64,000 nucleotides of DNA, from IMG/VR virus record IMGVR_UViG_3300010149_000001, positions 1 to 64,000 of that record. One strand, written 5' to 3'. Position 1 is the first letter of the stretch, and every line of letters begins with the position of its first letter. The position numbers and the translations under genes are program-made. The notes under the pieces were generated by a model. It ran no database searches, was not told where the DNA came from, and saw only the letters and a program-made list of their open reading frames with translations. Origin of the DNA: a virus. Of this stretch, positions 20,154-30,346 are shown in pieces.

Positions 20154-20608
20154 CCGCTAAGAGCCAATGGCGTGAAGCCTATGGCCTTCTTCACACTAAA
20201 TGCCACTTGACCCACCACGAGATTCGTGCGATATTCCAAGAGCATCTGGGAGGGCTGTCATATCACAGGAACATGCTACATTCAGAATACAAGAAGGACA
20301 AAGACCGCTGGCAGAGCGAGGCCAATACAATGGCGTTGCTGGTGAACAATCCAGATGTGGATGCGTTTCTGTCTGCGATGAACTCAGTCATTTATGATGG
20401 TGGGCAAGCGACTGTTCCTTATACACTTGTCAAGGAGGTCAGCAAACTCGTGAGGTCATGGAATGAATGGGGTGAATCTGAACGGCAGAGAATCAACATT
20501 CAGACCAAGAGAGTCCTCGCTCGTGAGCGAACTTCTGGATTGAAAGCGTGGACTGAACGGCACTTGCTGACATATTTGCGTATCAACGGGATAAGGATAG
20601 AAGTCTGA
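20150..20608 (+). CDS. Hypothetical protein
   Basis: ATGA overlap with polB stop. Confidence 0.65.
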   Translation: MTAKSQWREAYGLLHTKCHLTHHEIRAIFQEHLGGLSYHRNMLHSEYKKDKDRWQSEANTMALLVNNPDVDAFLSAMNSVIYDGGQATVPYTLVKEVSKLVRSWNEWGESERQRINIQTKRVLARERTSGLKAWTERHLLTYLRINGIRIEV

Positions 20609-20720
20609 CTTCTTTAGTTCCCTAAGTGGATATGCTTATATGGGAGGCTGTCGTGGGACAGGATAAGTCGGCCACGAGACAAACGCCGATGACAACCAAA
20701 AACAAGGAGACACAGATAAT

Positions 20721-21890
20721 ATGGGACTAATTGAAAACATGAGAGATGCCGTTGAGTTCAACGGTGGCAAACTGACAGAAGAACAATACTTGGAAAAAGT
20801 GCTGGAGATAATCGAAAGCGAAGGTGGCTCAACCTCCATCGCTTCTCTGAAATCCAACGCATTCAATTCTGCTCGTATGGAGAAGGCTGGAATCACCAGA
20901 CTGACCATCGGCAAAGACAAGTTCGTTTGGACAACCGCTATGGTTGAAGGAATGCTTTCTGGCAACGCTACACCAATGCCAACAACAACAATGGTCAACA
21001 ATGTCAATGCACCAGAAGCAACAGACGATGGCTACTTCTATGGAATCCGCCGACGCTCTCCAGATGAATACCCAGAACACATGCAAGCATACATCATCCC
21101 TCGTGGTTCACTCAAGTTTGTTGAATCAGAAAAGGGCGAGATGCGCTTGCTTGCTGTCGCATTCAAGAACGGCTGGTATGTTTCCAGCAACGGACCCAAA
21201 GGCTGTGGCAAGACAATGGCTATGATGATGTTCGCTTCTGAGGTCGGTATTCCATTCATGCGAATTAACTGCTCAGAAGGTTTCACAGAAGAGTCCTTCA
21301 TTGGCTACAACACACTCATTGACGGTGAAATCACTTGGATTGACGGAGTTCTCCCAGAGAGCCTCCGATACGGTGCTTTCCTTTGCTTCGATGAGTTCCG
21401 CCACGCTCGCCCAGAGATTATGACCGCATGGAATCCTGTTGGCGACTCTGGCACTCTTGTATTGCCTCAGAACAACAACGAGGTCATCAAGGCTCACGCT
21501 GACTTCCGCACCTTCGCAACCATGAACCCAATCGAAGGCTACTCTGGTGGACAAGATGTCAACCAAGCAACATCTGACCGATTCGCTATGTCTCTTGAGG
21601 CTACATACCTCCCAGCAGACTCTGAAATCCGTGTCATCTGTGAACAGTCTGGTGTTTCAAACCCAGCCATCGCTCGTCAATTCGTGCAATTGGCAAACGA
21701 CCTTCGCAACCTCAAGGCTCAACATGACCTTGAGTCTGACACATCAACCCGTATGCTCATCAGCATGATGCAAGCAACAACAGATTTGTCTGTTGCTGAA
21801 ATCGTTGAGTATATCATGATTGGTCGCTATCAACCACACGAAGCCGAACTCATCAAGACAACGGCTCGTGCAAGGTTGTCTGACTACTGA
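20721..21890 (+). CDS. MoxR/CobS-like AAA+ ATPase
   Basis: GPKGCGKT, FDE, ATMNP..Y.G, DRF. Confidence 0.9.
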   Translation: MGLIENMRDAVEFNGGKLTEEQYLEKVLEIIESEGGSTSIASLKSNAFNSARMEKAGITRLTIGKDKFVWTTAMVEGMLSGNATPMPTTTMVNNVNAPEATDDGYFYGIRRRSPDEYPEHMQAYIIPRGSLKFVESEKGEMRLLAVAFKNGWYVSSNGPKGCGKTMAMMMFASEVGIPFMRINCSEGFTEESFIGYNTLIDGEITWIDGVLPESLRYGAFLCFDEFRHARPEIMTAWNPVGDSGTLVLPQNNNEVIKAHADFRTFATMNPIEGYSGGQDVNQATSDRFAMSLEATYLPADSEIRVICEQSGVSNPAIARQFVQLANDLRNLKAQHDLESDTSTRMLISMMQATTDLSVAEIVEYIMIGRYQPHEAELIKTTARARLSDY

Positions 21891-21903
21891 ATACAATTCT
21901 CTG

Positions 21904-21965
21904 GTCTCGTGCAAACGGGCTGGGGGGTATTGCACGAGGCTATCTGTGTCTCAAACCCCCAGCCC
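21904..21965 (+). other. Predicted H-type pseudoknot in the 3' UTR of the AAA+ gene
   Basis: 21904-14 pairs with 21930-40; 21917-26 pairs with 21956-65 (crossing helices). Confidence 0.65.
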
Positions 21966-22004
21966 ACCTTGCATTTGATAAGGGTGGGTTCAGAACCCCA
22001 GAGC

Positions 22005-22160
22005 ATGACCAAAGAACTTGAACTCAGAGTCGCAGAACTTGAACAACGAATCGCCACGCTTGAAAGAATGATTGATGGGATGGCAGATTCAATTCGACCA
22101 CGCTCAATGCCACACGGCCAAGTCCGTCTGGACAGATTCGATGGCGAGCGTCATGGATGA
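22005..22160 (+). CDS. Small coiled-coil protein with PIP-like motif
   Basis: Leaderless after class-M promoter; LELRVAELEQRIATLE; QVRLDRF. Confidence 0.6.
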   Translation: MTKELELRVAELEQRIATLERMIDGMADSIRPRSMPHGQVRLDRFDGERHG

Positions 22161-23034
22161 ACTCTCAGTCTCTGAACTGATTGGTGCGAAGCGACACTTT
22201 GCCCCTGTGCAATCATGGTTTGATTCTTGGGGCTATGGAACGCCCTCTGTCTATCCTTTGATTCTGGTGGGTGATTCTGGCGTTGGCAAGTCAACAGTCG
22301 CCAGAGCCTATGCTCAGAAGGCTGGATATGACATTCTTGAATCCCACGCTGATTCCAAGCGTGATGCAAAGACATTCAACAAGACATTCAGCGAGGCCAG
22401 AAACAGAACCTTCTTTGGTCAGAATCGTTGTTTGATTATCGAGGATGCTGGTGCAATCTCAACCTCAGCATGGAAAACATTTGATGATGTCATCAAGGCG
22501 AAAGCATTCCCAATGATAATCATCGCTCAACATGAATCAGAAGTCGGATGGCGTTATCGCAAATCTGGATTGGTTCACGAGATTCCAGAACCAACCGCAT
22601 CTGACAAGACTCAGTTATTGAACTCAATATGCCCAGACCACACTCCAGAACAAATCTCGTGGATTGCAGAAAACTCATCCTCATGGCGAAGTGCCAAACA
22701 TCTGGCGATGACTACTCCATCGAACTTCATTGACACACAGATTGAACCTCCAGAGCGAACTCGATTTGGACAGGATGAAGTCTCTGGGATTCTGTCTGGT
22801 CAGTATCAGAGCAAGGAACTTTCATCCCATCCTCTGGCATTCATCCAGACCGCAGAATGGAACGCTGGCAATCCAGAACATATCTGCGAGGCCATGAGAC
22901 TTCACTCTCTGGCATGGGTCGTGGAGGGGTTGTCAAAGGTCTCTATGGCATACACGGCAACGCTCAGAACCGACACTCAACACAAGCCACCATTCAGAAA
23001 ACGGACATTGAAAGGCTCTGCGAGGGTCTGGTGA
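22153..23034 (+). CDS. RFC large-subunit-like AAA+ protein (short)
   Basis: GDSGVGKS, ESHADSKR (cf. ELNASD.R), IIED. Confidence 0.7.
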   Translation: MDELSVSELIGAKRHFAPVQSWFDSWGYGTPSVYPLILVGDSGVGKSTVARAYAQKAGYDILESHADSKRDAKTFNKTFSEARNRTFFGQNRCLIIEDAGAISTSAWKTFDDVIKAKAFPMIIIAQHESEVGWRYRKSGLVHEIPEPTASDKTQLLNSICPDHTPEQISWIAENSSSWRSAKHLAMTTPSNFIDTQIEPPERTRFGQDEVSGILSGQYQSKELSSHPLAFIQTAEWNAGNPEHICEAMRLHSLAWVVEGLSKVSMAYTATLRTDTQHKPPFRKRTLKGSARVW

Positions 23035-23211
23035 AAAACGATAGACTGAGTTCCATTTCTAAGCAAATCAATTTTAGGTATCAACATACCACCCCACCTC
23101 TTCAAACAGAGATAGGGCATGTTTTGGGGGTATTTCTCAATGGATTGAGAATCATACTTGTTCAAGCCGATAAGTGGGAACGCTTATATGGGTGGCTGTG
23201 CTGGGAAGGGT

Positions 23212-25470
23212 ATGAGCCACTCACCGAATGCGGGAATTGAAGTCAAGAACCCACAGCGAAAGTTCCAGATGAAAAGCCGTGTGCGAACCCTAAACCGTGT
23301 CGCAACCGTCATGTCTGGTGAACTTATCAATGTTGGAACACCTGTCAAGAAAGTCGTCGTTGACCCAAGAGGTCGTGCGGCTACTGACGGCGAGACTGTC
23401 TGGATTCCTCTGAAAGTTCACGAGGATGAGCGTGTCAACCGTATGGCTCAAGAAGCAATCCTCGCTCACGAAGTCGCTGGTCATCTCCGATACACAGACT
23501 TTGGTGCTTGGAAAAAGATTGGCGATGAAATCAAGCGTGGCAACGCTGACCGTATGCTTCACGACTTCACCAACATTCTTGAGGATGCTCGTGTCAACCA
23601 CCTGCTCTCCCAAGACTTTGGTGGCTCTGGCAAGCGTCTGCTTGCTACTCAGCGCATCTTCATGCAACGCCACCGTGATTCATGGGCTGGCAAGACTGTT
23701 GATGAAATCAACCCACGCCAAGCGGCAATCATCGCTATGATGACAGAAGCAATCGCTCACGAACCACACTTCTTTGAACATGTCCCAGAAGTCGTTGCAT
23801 ACATGGATGAAGTTCGCACTATCTGTGCAACAGCAATCAGCCAACCAAACACGGCTCAAGTCATCAAGCAAGCAAAGAGAATGCTCAAAGTCTATCGCAC
23901 CCACTTCCCAGAGGATGCTTCTGACGACCAAGACACATTCGGTATGCCAAACGGTGCAGATGCAGAAGGCATCATGACCGACGACATGTCTCCAGAAGAG
24001 ATTGAGAAGATGGCTCAGAAGCAAGCAAGCAAGAATGCAAAGCCAGAAGAAGTCAGCCGTCAGAGATTCCAAGACCTCAAGAAGAAAATCGAGGAACTCA
24101 AAGAAGCCGCTGAGAAGGCCGCTAAAGCGCAAGAAGAGTCTGATGCTACTCCAGAGGCTGGAGATGCAAACGAAGGCTCTGAGGGCGAAGGAGAGGGCGA
24201 CTCTGAGGAATCTGGTGCTGGTGCTGGCGAGTCTGATGAAGAAGCAGACGGCGAAGGTGCTGGCGAGGGCGATTCTGGCGAAGGTGCTGGAGATGGCTCT
24301 GAGGGCGATTCTGAGGGCGAAGGCGACTCTGGTGCATCTGGCGAAGGCGAGGGCGAAGGAGAGGCTGACAGCGCATCAGAAACAGGCGAATCCACAGAAG
24401 GAACAACCTCTGACGACTTGGGCGACATTGACTCTGGCTCAGACGAGATGAACGCTGGTGGTGCAAAGGGCGCAGACCTATCCGACATTGACATGGATGA
24501 GATGTGGGCTGAACTCCAAGCAGAGATGGATGCAGAACGCCAAGACGCTTTCGACATGCAGAAGGACTTCTCTGATGAAGTGGATGCAAGCCAAGACTCC
24601 AACGACAACATTGACGCTGAGTTCGACACTTCTCTTGAAGGCGATGAAAGCGGCCACCAATGCCACATCACTCACACCACTCAAGAGTTCATTGACAGAG
24701 GCGACATTGATACAGACTCTCTGGCTCAAGGCTTCTTGGACATCGTTGCTGAGAACAAGTCCTCAATCACCACTATGGTCAACGAGATGAAGAGACTCTT
24801 GAAGGGCAACAACAACAAGCATGTGCGTGGTCTAAAGCGTGGAATGCTTGACTCCAAGCGCATCGCTTTTCACAAGACCAATGACCGCTTGTTCATGCGA
24901 AAGAATGAGCCAAAGCGAGCAGAAGCAAATGTCATGATTCTCATTGACTCCAGCGGCTCAATGGGCGGCTCTCGTGCAGAATCAGCGGCTCGTGCGGCGG
25001 TTGTATTCGCAGAAGTCATGGACAAACTTGGCTGGGGCTGTGAGGTCGTTGACTTCTCATCCAGCCGACACACAGCAATCAGAGTTCGCAAGCAAATGCA
25101 AGCACCTTTGAACAACATCACTCGTGCGGCTATCCGCCAACCAACCGCTGGTGGATGCAACGGTGATGGCTATGCTGTCGAGTGGTGCTTAGACCGCTTG
25201 TCCAAGTTCTCTGGCAACCGCATGTTGTTCGTCTTGTCTGACGGTCAACCATCCGGACCCGCACCTTCTCACATGGACAACGACACCCACTTGAAGTTCG
25301 TTGTTGACAACGCACCAAAGGACATTGGATTGTTCTCAGTCGGCATTGACGGCATGGACACAGGCGCATACTACTCCAACGCTGTCATCAACCGCAACAA
25401 CGCTGACTTGGTGAAGGACTGTATGCCTGTTATCCGCAAGATGGTTCGCACAGTCAAGAACAAAGCATGA
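23212..25470 (+). CDS. CobT-like protein: metallopeptidase-like N-terminus, acidic linker, vWA domain
   Basis: HEVAGH...LEDARV; G/E/D/S-rich linker; MIDAS DSSGS...LSDG. Confidence 0.88.
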   Translation: MSHSPNAGIEVKNPQRKFQMKSRVRTLNRVATVMSGELINVGTPVKKVVVDPRGRAATDGETVWIPLKVHEDERVNRMAQEAILAHEVAGHLRYTDFGAWKKIGDEIKRGNADRMLHDFTNILEDARVNHLLSQDFGGSGKRLLATQRIFMQRHRDSWAGKTVDEINPRQAAIIAMMTEAIAHEPHFFEHVPEVVAYMDEVRTICATAISQPNTAQVIKQAKRMLKVYRTHFPEDASDDQDTFGMPNGADAEGIMTDDMSPEEIEKMAQKQASKNAKPEEVSRQRFQDLKKKIEELKEAAEKAAKAQEESDATPEAGDANEGSEGEGEGDSEESGAGAGESDEEADGEGAGEGDSGEGAGDGSEGDSEGEGDSGASGEGEGEGEADSASETGESTEGTTSDDLGDIDSGSDEMNAGGAKGADLSDIDMDEMWAELQAEMDAERQDAFDMQKDFSDEVDASQDSNDNIDAEFDTSLEGDESGHQCHITHTTQEFIDRGDIDTDSLAQGFLDIVAENKSSITTMVNEMKRLLKGNNNKHVRGLKRGMLDSKRIAFHKTNDRLFMRKNEPKRAEANVMILIDSSGSMGGSRAESAARAAVVFAEVMDKLGWGCEVVDFSSSRHTAIRVRKQMQAPLNNITRAAIRQPTAGGCNGDGYAVEWCLDRLSKFSGNRMLFVLSDGQPSGPAPSHMDNDTHLKFVVDNAPKDIGLFSVGIDGMDTGAYYSNAVINRNNADLVKDCMPVIRKMVRTVKNKA

Positions 25471-25589
25471 GGAATTGACATGACAAAGAAGCCCAATTAT
25501 CCCAGAGGAATCTGGCCGAATATCAAGCAAAACAAACGCAACCCACGAAGGAGTCCCAAGACGACTTTGACATTCAAGAAGGTGGTCAA

Positions 25590-26891
25590 GTGAACGAGAT
25601 TGCAGAACAGACTTCACCATCATACACGATGGTTGGTGAGCATATACCAGAGGTTCAAGCGTTATTCCTCACGCCGATGACAGGCAGAGGCGAGATGCCC
25701 AAAGGTCAGCATCCAGAGGTCAGAGCAAAGGCGAATCAATTCATTTACAACATGGATGCCTTCACCTATGATGGCGACAGAATCTGGGTTGACCAATGTG
25801 CAAATCCAGCGACTCCAGAATGGTTGCAGGGATTTGATTGGGAACATCATGCTTCCACTCCAAACGGCATCTCGTTTGAACAAGAGTTTGAAATCAATAG
25901 CCACATTGAATATCAATCATCAAATCACGAATATCTGTCATCTGCCAACAGTTTGGCTCTGCTCATGCTGGGCTGTTCTGAGATGGCTCTGAGGCAACAA
26001 CACATGGACAATGGCTATGACCCAGCCAGACATTGGTATTCGCTCTTAAACCCTGTTTGGCAGACCATATTCGACAAGGCTGAGTATGATGCCAGAGAAT
26101 GGACTTTTGGAACGGAGAGGACACTCAAACTGACGGTTGTTCAAGTGATGGGTTTTGATGATGACACCAACACCGTTTATGCTCGGATATTCCAGCCAGA
26201 TGGTGCATCTGACCAAGACGGTCTTTGTCGTGAAGGAATCGCTCAGAAAGCACTCCTATCATTCCCATTCAACAATGTGGATGGCGTTGAAAGAGGCGAC
26301 ATCATGATTGTCTGGACAGACCGATGGATAAGTGCAGACTCACGAGTCTTTGATGCTGTGAATCTCACCGACCATCCATCACCATCTCACATCTCTGCCA
26401 GAGCAAGAGATTGGTTGACTCACGATACTGACACCCCGATTGTCAACCTCTCCAATCCAGATGCAATCAAACCTCCACGATACTATGGAACAGGCATGGC
26501 TTTGGAGGTTGGAGACATCACGCCGACTCACATGATTCATACATCTCGCAACAACGCATTCGGATTCTGGATGGCGAGCAAATTGTATTCTGAACTCTGC
26601 CAATCTGGAGACATCACATCTGGCGATGTATCGGACTCGATACCCGATTTGTTCATCCCAGCATTCAGAGACAAACGAGGCCAGAAAGTCATTGACTTGG
26701 CGAGTCCATTCTTCCCACATTATCATGATGAAATCAGATGTTCAACATGCAACGGCAGAGTTCTAATCAAGGCCAGACCAGACAACAAACAGACCAAAGC
26801 AACCTGTCCACATTGTTCAACAAAGGACACGATTCTATTCCCACACCTTACACCAACCAACACGGTTAAAGCGGTGGGACACGACGAATGA
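25590..26891 (+). CDS. Hypothetical protein with C-terminal Zn ribbon
   Basis: CSTC...CPHC. Confidence 0.7.
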   Translation: MNEIAEQTSPSYTMVGEHIPEVQALFLTPMTGRGEMPKGQHPEVRAKANQFIYNMDAFTYDGDRIWVDQCANPATPEWLQGFDWEHHASTPNGISFEQEFEINSHIEYQSSNHEYLSSANSLALLMLGCSEMALRQQHMDNGYDPARHWYSLLNPVWQTIFDKAEYDAREWTFGTERTLKLTVVQVMGFDDDTNTVYARIFQPDGASDQDGLCREGIAQKALLSFPFNNVDGVERGDIMIVWTDRWISADSRVFDAVNLTDHPSPSHISARARDWLTHDTDTPIVNLSNPDAIKPPRYYGTGMALEVGDITPTHMIHTSRNNAFGFWMASKLYSELCQSGDITSGDVSDSIPDLFIPAFRDKRGQKVIDLASPFFPHYHDEIRCSTCNGRVLIKARPDNKQTKATCPHCSTKDTILFPHLTPTNTVKAVGHDE

Positions 26892-26904
26892 GATGTGATG
26901 AGAC

Positions 26905-27378
26905 ATGGCAAAAAGGATTCCAAAACAATTGAAGCGAGCAATACTGACCAATCTGGCGAAAGCCAACGGGGAGACCCTCAATTCTGCTCAATTAGCAGAG
27001 CGTGTCAATGCTGACCCAGAACTCCCAGAGAACTATCGAAAGACGGCCAAACAATTGAACTTCGTGATGAAGCAGATTGGTCAAGAGTTCGATGATGTGA
27101 ACCAAGTGATTCTGAGTCGCAACGGTGTCAGCCATCATGGAACTGCCAGATTCAGAATGGGCTTTCAAACCAACATGACATTGGCTGAGGCTGAGAACGC
27201 TGTGGGAGTCGTCAAGAAGCCCAAGAGCAACCTCAAGCAAATCACCGTCAATCTGCCAGAGGACTGTGTTGAATACATCAAAGCATGGCGAGCAAACGGC
27301 GTTGCCGCTGGTCGTGCTGTTGAAGCACTCATCAGAGCAGACATTGAAATCAATGGGTTGCCAGATAATGACGAATAG
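26905..27378 (+). CDS. Putative DNA-binding regulator (winged-helix plus ribbon-helix-helix)
   Basis: N-terminal LNSAQLAERV..TAKQL; C-terminal QITVNLPEDCVEYI...AVEALI. Confidence 0.6.
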   Translation: MAKRIPKQLKRAILTNLAKANGETLNSAQLAERVNADPELPENYRKTAKQLNFVMKQIGQEFDDVNQVILSRNGVSHHGTARFRMGFQTNMTLAEAENAVGVVKKPKSNLKQITVNLPEDCVEYIKAWRANGVAAGRAVEALIRADIEINGLPDNDE

Positions 27379-28456
27379 AATCAGCGTCAATAAAGGCTCT
27401 TGGCTGGGCTTCTTTGACCCAGATGGTCTTGAGACCCACCAGAAGCGTTTGTTCGTCAATAAGAAGGTCTGGAGAGCGTTTAACGAGCAACAGATGATTC
27501 AGTATGAACAGGACTTGTTCAATCATTTCAGAAAGTATGGATTCCCACATTGGGACATGACCAAAGTTCAGAGGCAACGAGTCATCAAGAACATGCTCAA
27601 GTTCGACACTACTGAACTGCTGGTTGAGGACTCAATACTCAGACAGTTCATGCTTGGGTTGGATTATGCCAATTCATTCATGCCTCACATCTGGGACACC
27701 AAATGCAAGAACTACAAGACTCCAATGGAGTGCTTCAATGACGATGAAATGCTCAAGAAGGCCATCAAGAAGCGGCTCAAGTATGGAGACAACATGAGCG
27801 AGGCTGGGATGCGTAAAGCACTCTCTTGGACATCTGGAACTCATCGAGTATCGAACTTCAAACCGACGATTGCCAAATACATCTATGACAATTATTCTGG
27901 CGATGGCAAAGTTCTGGATTCTTCATCTGGATATGGAGGCAGATTGTTTGGGGCGGTTGCATCCAAGTCGGTCAAGTCCTATGTTGGAACTGACCCATGC
28001 GAAAAAACATTCAACGCTCTGGAGGACATGAAAGCCCACTTATTGAAGTCAATATCGAAAGACATCACTCTCCACCAGAAGCCGTTTGAGATTCTGGAAC
28101 TTGAAGAGAACTCATTCGACTTGTCATTCACCTCGCCACCATATTTTGACACAGAGGAATATGCCTATGATGAGAATCAATCGTTTGTCAAGTTCAACAC
28201 CAAAGCCAAGTGGCGGGATGGATTCTTGAAGCCGATGATTCAGAGGAACTATCGCTGGGTCAAAGAGGGTGGATATTTCATCATCAATGTAGCCAATGTC
28301 AAGACCTATCCAGACCTTGAGAATGATGTCGTTGCCCTATGCAAAGAGGCTGGGTTTGAGTATGTCAAGACCTATCAGATGACGCTCTCTGGATTGCTCA
28401 CAGGCAAGAAAAAGTTTGAACCGATATTCGTGTTTCAGAAGCCTCAATCCCATTGA
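27368..28456 (+). CDS. Amino (N4C/N6A) DNA methyltransferase
   Basis: SAM motif LDSSSGYGGRL; catalytic FTSPPY. Confidence 0.85.
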   Translation: MTNRISVNKGSWLGFFDPDGLETHQKRLFVNKKVWRAFNEQQMIQYEQDLFNHFRKYGFPHWDMTKVQRQRVIKNMLKFDTTELLVEDSILRQFMLGLDYANSFMPHIWDTKCKNYKTPMECFNDDEMLKKAIKKRLKYGDNMSEAGMRKALSWTSGTHRVSNFKPTIAKYIYDNYSGDGKVLDSSSGYGGRLFGAVASKSVKSYVGTDPCEKTFNALEDMKAHLLKSISKDITLHQKPFEILELEENSFDLSFTSPPYFDTEEYAYDENQSFVKFNTKAKWRDGFLKPMIQRNYRWVKEGGYFIINVANVKTYPDLENDVVALCKEAGFEYVKTYQMTLSGLLTGKKKFEPIFVFQKPQSH

Positions 28457-28813
28457 TGTGGATTCCACTTGGGCTTTGGTTGGTTGCGCTTTCGCCACCA
28501 TCTTATGACATATTTGCCGACCAGAAGCCACCAGAGAATCTCAGCGATGACCAATAAGGTCAATGAGAATCCCGTCAATCCAAACATATTATTCTCATCT
28601 GAAAAGGCGGGTATTCAATCTGGTGAACAAGTGGGTATTGAAGCATCTGGTGAAACGCATCTGGTTCAATCCAGAGTTCAAGACCGTCGCAGTATGCGTA
28701 TTGAGACCAATACCGAATCCGAATGACATGTCTCAAAATCCCACATCTGGAAACAAGAACAAAACGAGTCAGATTGCAGAAGCATTGATATACCCCCACC
28801 ACTACGGCAAGAC

Positions 28814-29176
28814 ATGGACAACCGAACCCCATCCCAGAAAAAGACCGCCGCACGAAAGCACCACCTCGCAGGTTTGTATCACAACGCATTCTTGACGACC
28901 AGCCAACCCGTATTGGGCGTTGACATTGACGCTCATGATGCAAACAAACTTGTTCGCAACGGCTGGGCTATGATTCATGTGTTTGGAACAAAAGTCGTGC
29001 TTGGACAAACCAAGACAGGCTCAAAGAACTACGACAGCAATTGCACTCTCAGAGTCAACGGCTACATCTCACAGATTGCTCGCTACTCCAAAGACCCAAG
29101 CACTCGTGTTGACATGTCCTCTCTGATGAACATGGCTTCACTACTCTCCAGCCACTACTTGACTCGCTGGTATTGA
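28814..29176 (+). CDS. Hypothetical protein
   Basis: Leaderless after class-E promoter. Confidence 0.7.
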   Translation: MDNRTPSQKKTAARKHHLAGLYHNAFLTTSQPVLGVDIDAHDANKLVRNGWAMIHVFGTKVVLGQTKTGSKNYDSNCTLRVNGYISQIARYSKDPSTRVDMSSLMNMASLLSSHYLTRWY

Positions 29177-29234
29177 AGCCCACCATCTGGCAATCCCCGC
29201 CCTTTGATAAGGGTGGGATGCCCCCTCTGGGGCT

Positions 29235-29432
29235 ATGACAAGAATGTTCAGAGTCCGTGTGGACATGGGTGCAGACGGCTGTATAGATTTGACGAGCGAA
29301 GGCAACATTGGCGAGGCTCTCAGAGCCGCTTATGATGAATGCAAGAAGCGCAAGGCCAACCCGATTGCTATCAATGTTCAACAGGTGGTTGAGCAGGGAA
29401 AATGGACAGCCGTGATTCCCTCACGCTCGTGA
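29235..29432 (+). CDS. Hypothetical protein
   Basis: Leaderless after class-M promoter. Confidence 0.65.
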   Translation: MTRMFRVRVDMGADGCIDLTSEGNIGEALRAAYDECKKRKANPIAINVQQVVEQGKWTAVIPSRS

Positions 29433-29662
29433 GTGTGGGTCAAAGCGGCAATACAGGCAGAATGCACATCATGGCTGGTGTCAGCCCTAAGACGCTCTGT
29501 GGGCGTTCCACAGACAATGCAATCGTGCATGACGGCGAGTGGGTTGATGAAGTCCTATCTCTGATTCAGAACCAGACCAACGGAGGCGTTGGAACATCGG
29601 TCTGCGCCAGATGCAGAGCCAAACTCAATCCATCAGAAACTGTGAATACCCCCAACGCATAG
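29402..29662 (+). CDS. Small Zn-binding protein
   Basis: H...LCG...CARC. Confidence 0.55.
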   Translation: MDSRDSLTLVSVGQSGNTGRMHIMAGVSPKTLCGRSTDNAIVHDGEWVDEVLSLIQNQTNGGVGTSVCARCRAKLNPSETVNTPNA

Positions 29663-29672
29663 TGGGATTATC

Positions 29673-30053
29673 ATGGGGGATGAAATCGAGATTCAAGTGC
29701 CTGTTCTTTATTGGATAGTCGCTGGCAAAAAAGGGATGGAATTATGGGGCTATGAAAGGGAGAGCGACCAGAAGGATTGGTCTCCAAGCAAGAAGCCAGA
29801 TGTGAAGGTGAAAATCCATCCACTCCATTGGGACTTTGAGATTAACCAACACGATGGCTCTGGCAGGGTCAGAATCGGTGCTGGATGCCAATACAATCCA
29901 CTCCAGATGATTGAGGCCATGTGGATTCATCTGGCTGAAAAAGACCCAGCAGATGTCGTCGTTGAGATTGATATTGACTTTGCCAATGCAGAGATTGAAT
30001 GGAACAAAAGCGACACTCCATTTGGAGAGAACTTCTCATCAGATTGGGAGTGA
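29673..30053 (+). CDS. Hypothetical protein
   Basis: Leaderless after class-L-like promoter. Confidence 0.65.
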   Translation: MGDEIEIQVPVLYWIVAGKKGMELWGYERESDQKDWSPSKKPDVKVKIHPLHWDFEINQHDGSGRVRIGAGCQYNPLQMIEAMWIHLAEKDPADVVVEIDIDFANAEIEWNKSDTPFGENFSSDWE

Positions 30054-30058
30054 TTGAG

Positions 30059-30346
30059 ATGATTGTCTGGGTCAACAAAACCGAATCTGGTCAAACAGAA
30101 TTGAAGGGCTACAACAAGTCAATGCAGGTGATAACCAGCATGGTTGAGTCTGGCGATGATTGGACAATCACCAGCAGGTCTGGTGAGCAATATCAGATGA
30201 AAGGCGCAGGTTGTCCAGACCCAATCGAGTTCATATTCAAACTAATATCTCCACGCAAGAAAATGGAGATTGACGATTCAGTTCCTTATCTCCGATTCCA
30301 GAGCAACACCACAGGTGAACTCTGGGAGGTCTGGGGAGTCCGATGA
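30059..30346 (+). CDS. Hypothetical protein, possibly paralogous to the upstream gene
   Basis: Shared E(L)xGY...GAGC..P pattern with 29673..30053. Confidence 0.6.
   Translation: MIVWVNKTESGQTELKGYNKSMQVITSMVESGDDWTITSRSGEQYQMKGAGCPDPIEFIFKLISPRKKMEIDDSVPYLRFQSNTTGELWEVWGVR

Noticed and set aside
24060-24671. Long antisense ORFs such as 24060..24671, 50512..51183 and 4066..4749
   Set aside because: Shadows of low-complexity or codon-biased plus-strand genes, with no promoter
20721-25470. cobS/cobT as cobalamin biosynthesis genes
   Set aside because: No cobN or pathway context; MoxR-vWA pairs are common in viruses
28547-28726. Degenerate repeats (gggtatt..atctggtgaa) as an array
   Set aside because: Only 2-3 imperfect short copies; may simply encode a 59-aa protein; not enough support either way
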